From: Eledone cirrhosa
Taxonomy: Eukaryota
NCBI GenBank assembly: GCA_964016885.1
Contig: OZ024741.1
Coordinates: 380,928,001-380,992,000 of the forward strand
DNA length: 64,000 nt
Direction of reading: 5' to 3'
Shown here: piece after piece, positions 57,710 through 64,000 of the stretch
Layout: every line of letters starts with the position of its first letter
How positions within the stretch are numbered: position 1 is the first letter of the stretch
Notes under the pieces: generated by a model
Database searches by the model: none
The model's input: only the letters and a program-made list of their open reading frames with translations
Told to the model about the DNA's origin: nothing
Position numbers and translations under genes: made by a program

Positions 57710-58214
57710 ATTTATATATATATATATTTATATATATATATATGTACAGCCACACACATATATATCAAGAATAAACGAGATAAACACAGAGATGCAAAAA
57801 TATAAAGTGTGATTAGGTTCATGCTTACAAATGGAGCTAAAGAAAAAAGAAAAGTAATAAATATATGTCTTAATGTACCCGACATAAGTCCTTCATCAGG
57901 AATTAGCAAAGTTTGGAGAGAGAGAAAGTGAAGGCTGGAGATGGAAAAAATATTTTTTTTTAATTTCAAGATCAGTGATGGCAGACATGTAGACCTGTAT
58001 GTGGGTTGGTGGACTAAGGTGGAGAGTCCAGTTTTATCATTGGTGCATAATTACAAGCAAGCAGATAGAATGCTTTTCGTGGATGCATATCTCGTTGATA
58101 GAAGTATGTGTGTGAGTACATATTTACATGCGTGATGAGCATTTTTAATGTTTTCTTTGTGTGCGTATGTGAAAATATAAATATATACATAAACAAATAT
58201 ACATAACATATATT

Positions 58215-58247
<33 letters not shown>

Positions 58248-58356
58248 GTATTTATAAATATATAAATCAAATATATGTTGCTAATGTACGTAATATTTTA
58301 TGGTTGTAATTGATTACATGTTTTTTTTATACAAGATATAATTGTTGTACATATAT

Positions 58357-58690
58357 GGAGGCACATGGCTTAGTGGTTAGAGCATTGACATTGCAATCAA
58401 AAGGTTGTGAGTTCAGTTCTCAGACCGGGTGATGTGTTGTTTCCTTGAGCAAGACACTTTATTTCCCATTGCTCCAGTTTACTCAGCTGTAGAAATGAGA
58501 TGATAGGGACTAGGGTCCATATCATTCTACTGTAAAATGGCCGTGGAGGTGCCACGGCAAAAAAGCACCCAGAACTCACTGTAAATGTTAGGAAGGGCAT
58601 CCAGCTGTAGAAATCTAGCCAGAATCAGTTCCCGTCCCACCCTTGCAAGCAGGGAAAAGCGGACGTAAAATGATGATGATGATGATGATA
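58357..58690 (+). mobile_element. tRNA-headed SINE with RTE-like (GAT)n tail
   Basis: A box TGGCTTAGTGG, B box GAGTTCAGTTC, CCTTGAGCAAGACACTT core; 3' end resembles the RTE end at 26035-26085. Confidence 0.75.
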
Positions 58691-58874
58691 TAGCTCTGTA
58701 ATTTAATGTTAAATTTACACCAAGGGATTATTAGTGAATACATATTTAGATTATATACATACCCTCCTATTTCTCTATCGCTCGCCCTCTTTCTCTCGGT
58801 CTCCCTCTCTCACTTAATATATATATATAGTTATAGGAATAACCAAAGAGTGCTTAGAAATACATTGTTTTATT

Positions 58875-58921
58875 AGCTAACAGTGTTTCATCCATAGACC
58901 ATGGCAGGAATCATCAGAGCC
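58875..58921 (-). ncRNA. hammerhead ribozyme
   Basis: reverse complement of 63914-63960. Confidence 0.65.
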
Positions 58922-60423
58922 TATAAACAAGAGTATATCAATAGTTGCATGTTCCATCGTGCTGCGTCACCAGAACAAGGTTAAAGGACCAGCAAGGTGT
59001 CCCGAGGCCAGCGCTATATGGAAAAAGACAGAATACATGATGCACATAATGTCATAAAATGTCTTTAAAAATTACATCAAAAATTAAAAATTACACAAAA
59101 AATGTATCACCTAAATGGTGCAATAGATGATAAAGAGGTTGGGAGGGAGTAGCAAGGGATGAGTGAAGGTATTACTCAGCATGATCAGAAACAATAAAAA
59201 AAAATAAAAAAAAATAATAATAAAAAAGTACAAAACTACAAGGATAACAAAAGAGATAAATATAAAAATACAAAACAATAAAGGAACAAAAGGCCCGAAA
59301 ACCCCCCAAAATATAAACAAAGCAAAGCATAGATACATCAAAGCACAAGCAGTAAATACAAATCGTGATGGTTCTCCCGTTACATAGAGAGAAAGTGTAT
59401 ATAGGAAACTCCGCTTCCAGAATCACATATGGCAGAGTGAGCAGTTATTATTATAATAACAGGTGGGTTTATTAGAGTGAGTGCAAATTAATACATATAA
59501 GAGACAACTCACGGTCAAACCTATCAATGGCTGCTATGTTATTTATATGTCCGCCACGTGGTTTTTGTTTAGATTATTGACTCCGAAGGTTGCAATCCAT
59601 TCACAGTCGGGTGTGACCCCTCCTGGGTCGGCCGGTGTTCAATATCCAGTGCTGCACTTTGACTTGAGTGTGGTTCTATAATTCACCAAAGCTGGATCAC
59701 AATTCATATTCAACTAATTCCAACTTTCAAAGGTTAGTCTCTCGCTAGTAACACACAACGGTAGTCCGAATATAAGCACAGGAAGTCGTAGTGTGCCTAC
59801 GAAAAGTATGGGAGGCAATTCGCGTCATAAAGGGCGGATTCATTAGATATCCAACGGGATACTAGCGGCGAGTCTTTTGTTTGATTCGAGGCCCTCAGCG
59901 ATAACCCCCCCCCGGGGGGGGGGGGGGCTTGATCGATTCTGCAGCATCTAACCCACACGATTTACTACAATAGTTCACTAAACTATGTTAGATCTATCAC
60001 ACACTTTAGGGTTAAGGTTAACTGGACCCCGGGTGCCCAATTCACCCGCTTTATAGCTGCGGCGGAGTTTTCTGGTCTTTCGACAGACTATTATTCTGTG
60101 CTATCAGTTAGCGCACAATGGGTGTGTTTATAAACCATATTAATATGGTTAGTGTGGGTAGGTGCCTATATAGGGTCAAACTGTGCTAGGTATAGTGAAA
60201 AGCCTTAAGTAGGTTCTACTCTAAGGGTTCTTGGCTTGTGGTCCAATAAGATGAACTAAAAAAGAGAGGAAGAAGAGTAATAGAGGGGGGGGGGAGAAGA
60301 GAATAAATATTAAAGTAGTCTATATAAACCTGAAGGGCAGTTATCGTCACAAAGGAACCGGGATGCAGTGCGGCGTGGTTTTACGTAGGCCAGACAGGAT
60401 GGAGGTATGCAGGTCCTACAGCG

Positions 60424-62125
60424 TTAGCTAATTGGTCTAAAGTAATAGAAGGAGCTAAGGTTTATGTGCAGGCAAGAAGAGAATATCTCCGACTTCCTAT
60501 TTAGCAGGTTCATTTTGGAGTGTATTATGGCGTGTGATTCAGAGAGACAAAGGTCACAGGTCTTGCTAGGGGGTCTGTACTGCGATGATATAGTGATGAT
60601 CTCCAATGAAGCGTGTATTGAATATCAGTGTTCTTCAGGAGCGATATGTAACTAGCTAGGGCTGTAGTATTCTTAAGTATATCATGTATAAATGTATAGC
60701 GATGGGAGTTACATCTAGTCTTAAAGGGAGTCGATGTTGACCCTATATATGTATTGGAGCAGGTCCGAGTTGTAACATCACATGCGTAGACAATATTGTT
60801 TATAAGGCATTGTCCCTTTAGGGCGCACTCCGCCTTTCGTCTGCAGTTACATTTGCGGTGTATGTGAGTCTGCGGCACAGGAGATGTTTGGTTTTCCGTG
60901 CGTTCCAGATTTGGCAACCGTACATCAGATGTGTGGATAGAATTGCTGGGTCCATCTAGTGGTTGCGGGTGTGCCGCAGCTGCAATGGTATCGAAAGCCT
61001 TTCTAATTTTTTTGTTGTTCGTTATGGCTAGGTGACGAGCTAGATTTGGAGTAGTGGAGAATGATAGCTTAATTGTGTTTTTATTAATGATGCTATGGTA
61101 TTTACTACGGTGGGGGTGGGGTGGGGGTAGTTTTTTTCCAAGATCGAGAAGAATGCTTTGGTATATTGGTTGTACCTCCGAGTTGTAAGGTGGTTTTTTC
61201 TATTTTTCGTACGGGGGGGATCAGTTGGCCCCGGGCATAGACAACCCATCTTCCGTAGTAGAGAACCTGGGGTGGTAACCGTACCCAGATGGGTTGACTA
61301 GCTTCCCTGTCTTTCCTATTGTACTTCAATTTTCTAGCTTTTATCCTAGTGTTAGTATTATTGCCATACCGATGAGCGTGTCAAATGGAGTCCATTGGGG
61401 TTGGTCAGAGCCGCCTGCAGTACCCGTGTAGTTCCTATTTTTGTGTCCGCTTCTATTAGGCAAAGCCATATTGTGTGTGATTACACAATATTGTCCGGCC
61501 CTGGTGGTTTGGGGGTTGTTTGTATGTAGTATATTTTTTCTCTAAAACCGGACTTTCCTAGTGCTTTATTATAGTATCTTGCATTAGACCTAAATGCATG
61601 CTCATTATGTGATAGTCTGCTAATCCTATTAGATACCCCTTTAATTATGGCATTTAGGACGGGTCTAGGGTGGTTGGAATTTGCATTCACGTATGTTAGT
61701 GTTTCACCTGACTTGTGATAGGGTGAGAAGTATTTATTTTCTAAGTCCAGGGTTACGTCTAGAAAGTTAACCGTTTTATTATTTATGTCTATCGTTATGT
61801 TAAGGTTAAAGATTTTGAAGATTTTATGTAGGTCTTTTCTCGTCCTTTCTCGTATATTCAATAGTGGACAGGGCGTTGTTACGGTATAGCCCGCCTTTGA
61901 AATGCGGGAATGTTTTATGCAGTTCATGGAGGAGGTAAAGTCCAACCAAGCCAGTGACCTGCGCCGAATCGCTGGACCCCATTGTGACATCAAAGTTTTT
62001 CGGCGTGTTCTTCCGGGTCCAAAGTTGGTCTTCGAACAGGATGATATTTCTCTGGGCAGCAAGGATGATATCAATTTGGGATCTAGTCAGGTCACTATTT
62101 TGCATAGCTAATATAAGGGGCTTAT
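60424..62125 (-). pseudogene. PLE RT C-half plus GIY-YIG, frameshifted
   Basis: FDVTMGSSDSAQVTGLVG, GLYRNN, VNFLDVTLDL, PYHKS, CNCRRKAECALKGQCL, IVY...YIGST, CDLCLSE...CLH. Confidence 0.9.
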
Positions 62126-63913
62126 TTAGGCACCTACCCACACTAACCATATTAATATGGTTTATAAACACACCGATTGTGCGCTAACTGATAGCACAGG
62201 ATAATAGTCTGTCGAAAGCCCAGAAAACTCCGCCGCAGCTATATAGCGGGGGAATTGGGCACCCGGGGTACAGTTAACCTTAACCCTAAAGTGTGTGATA
62301 GATCTAACATAGTATAGTGAACTATGGTAGCAAATTGTGTGGGCTAGGTGCCGCTGAATAGATCAAGCCCCCCCCCCCCCCCCGGGGGGGTTATCGCTGA
62401 GGGCCTCGAATCAAACAAAAAACTCGCCCCTAGTATCCCGTTGGATATCTAATGAATCCGCTATTGATGACGCGAATTGCCTCCCATACTTTTCGTAGGC
62501 ACACTACGACTTCCTGTGCTTATATTCGGACTACCGTTGTGTGTTACTAGCGAGAGACTAACCTTTGAAAGTTGGAATTAGTTGAATATGAATTGTGATC
62601 CAGCTTTGATGAATTATAGAACCACACTCAAGTCAAAGTGCAGCACTGGATATAGAACACCGGCCGACCCAGGAGGGGTTACACCCGACTGTGAATGGAT
62701 TGCAACCTTCGGAGTCAATAATCTAAACAAAAACCACGTGGCGGCCATATAAATAAAGTAGCAGTCATTGACAGGTTTGGCCGTGAGTTGTCTCTTATAT
62801 ATATTAATTTTTACTCACTCTAATAAACCCGCCTATTATTATAACAATAACTGCTCACTCTGCCATATGTGATTCTGGAAGCGGAGTTTCTTATATACAC
62901 TTTCGCTCTATGTAACGGGATAACCATCACGATTTGTATTTACTGTGGTATAGTTGTATACGGTACGACACATTGGTTGGACGCCAACTTGGACATACAG
63001 TGAATTTCACCTGGGACGTTGGGTTGAGCGACCGAATGTGAGGACTTTGGGGAATGCCAGTTACTGCGGACCTGGCGTGTTTTCAATTTCCTCACATGAG
63101 TGCCGGCTGTACATGTACCATACATTTCTTTAACTCGTCGTACTTTCTTTTATTTTTTAATTTTTATTTTAGATTTTAGGTGTATATCCGAGACCGCCTA
63201 TGGTGATAAACCCCCTGGGTATAGGTTTTGGAAAAATAGTGTTATCTCACCTAACGTCCGGAACTGGAACATATCGATGTGGTTCCTAGGGTGCTGATAT
63301 GATAAGGAGAATCGACCTGTTACACCGCGATGTAATTGGAGTACACCAGCCCTCATATGGACTATCATACATGTAAGGCTGCACCACTGCTAACCAACTA
63401 TTCTTCTCACAGACTCCTGCTTGCAAACTCTCTTAATCTGCCTGTACACCCTGTCTTTGCTCTGCTTGTGCTTTGATGTATCTATGCTTTGCTTTGTTTT
63501 ATATTTTGGGGAGTTTTCGGGCCTTTTGTTCCTTTATTGTTTTGTATTTTTATATTTATCTCTTTTGTTATCCTTGTAGTTTTGTACTTTTTTATTATTA
63601 TTTTATTTTATTTTACTTTTTTTTATTGTTTCTGATCATGCTGAGTAATCCTTTCACTAATCCCTTGCTACCCCCTCCCAACCTCTTTATCATCTATTGC
63701 AGCATTTAGGTGATACATTTTTGGTGTAATTTTTAATTTTTAATTTTTAATTTTTGATGTAATTTTTAAAGACATTTTATGACATTATTTGCATCATGTA
63801 TTCTGTCTTTTTCCATATAGCGCTGGCCTCGGGACCCCCTTGCTGGTCCTTTAACCTTGTTCTGGTGACGCAGCTCGATGGAACATGCAACTATTGATAT
63901 ACTCTTGTTTATA

Positions 63914-63960
63914 GGCTCTGATGATTCCTGCCATGGGGTATGGATGAAACACTGTTAGCT
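63914..63960 (+). ncRNA. hammerhead ribozyme
   Basis: ggct CTGATGA [ttcc...ggat] GAAAC ACT GTT agct. Confidence 0.65.
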
Positions 63961-64000
63961 AATAAAACAATGTATTTCTAAGCACTCTTTGGTTATTCCT

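Larger units (their letters stand above)
58830..64000 (-). mobile_element. 5'-truncated PLE with long inverted 3' arm (runs off the window)
   Basis: 58836-60168 inverted versus 62127-64000 (the right arm has ~520 extra bp); RT/EN remnants in between. Confidence 0.9.

Noticed and set aside
57860-57910. Minus-strand CTGATGAAGG as a hammerhead
   Set aside because: No downstream GAAA/UH; at best a decayed relic
60004-60022. TTAGGG-like telomeric words in the PLE UTR
   Set aside because: Only one exact unit; chance level
62946-63464. Segment missing from the other arm as a spliced intron
   Set aside because: No register gives GT...AG; it fits a microhomology deletion

Overview
AT-rich, (TA)n-riddled eukaryotic DNA. 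The SINE/RTE/microsatellite content suggests an octopus-like cephalopod (inference). No host exon, RNA gene or CRISPR array was recognisable, and most listed ORFs are dinucleotide-repeat artefacts. The window is dominated by Penelope-like retroelements (PLEs; RT plus C-terminal GIY-YIG), stacked in (TA)n tracts at ~5.3-22.3 kb and ~42.5-64 kb, mostly as a 5'-truncated copy plus an inverted pseudo-LTR (pLTR). By eye I read about 24 intact or near-intact minimal type-I hammerhead ribozyme (HHR) motifs from about 11 sequence families. There are also degenerate RTE and L1/Tx1 LINE fragments, tRNA-derived SINEs and a non-autonomous LTR element nested in a PLE pLTR. The main new observation is a small covarying hairpin, R(C/T)TC-loop-GA(G/A)Y usually followed by RC. 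It sits 0-10 nt past the point where the shorter pLTR arm meets the genomic (TA)n in 8-9 units from otherwise unalignable families, so it is a candidate cis signal for reverse-transcription initiation. Also notable: a retrozyme-like tandem with HHRs 434 nt apart, HHR-only fold-back mini-elements and an RTE/PLE chimera. All alignments and folds were done by eye; coordinates may be off by a few nt.
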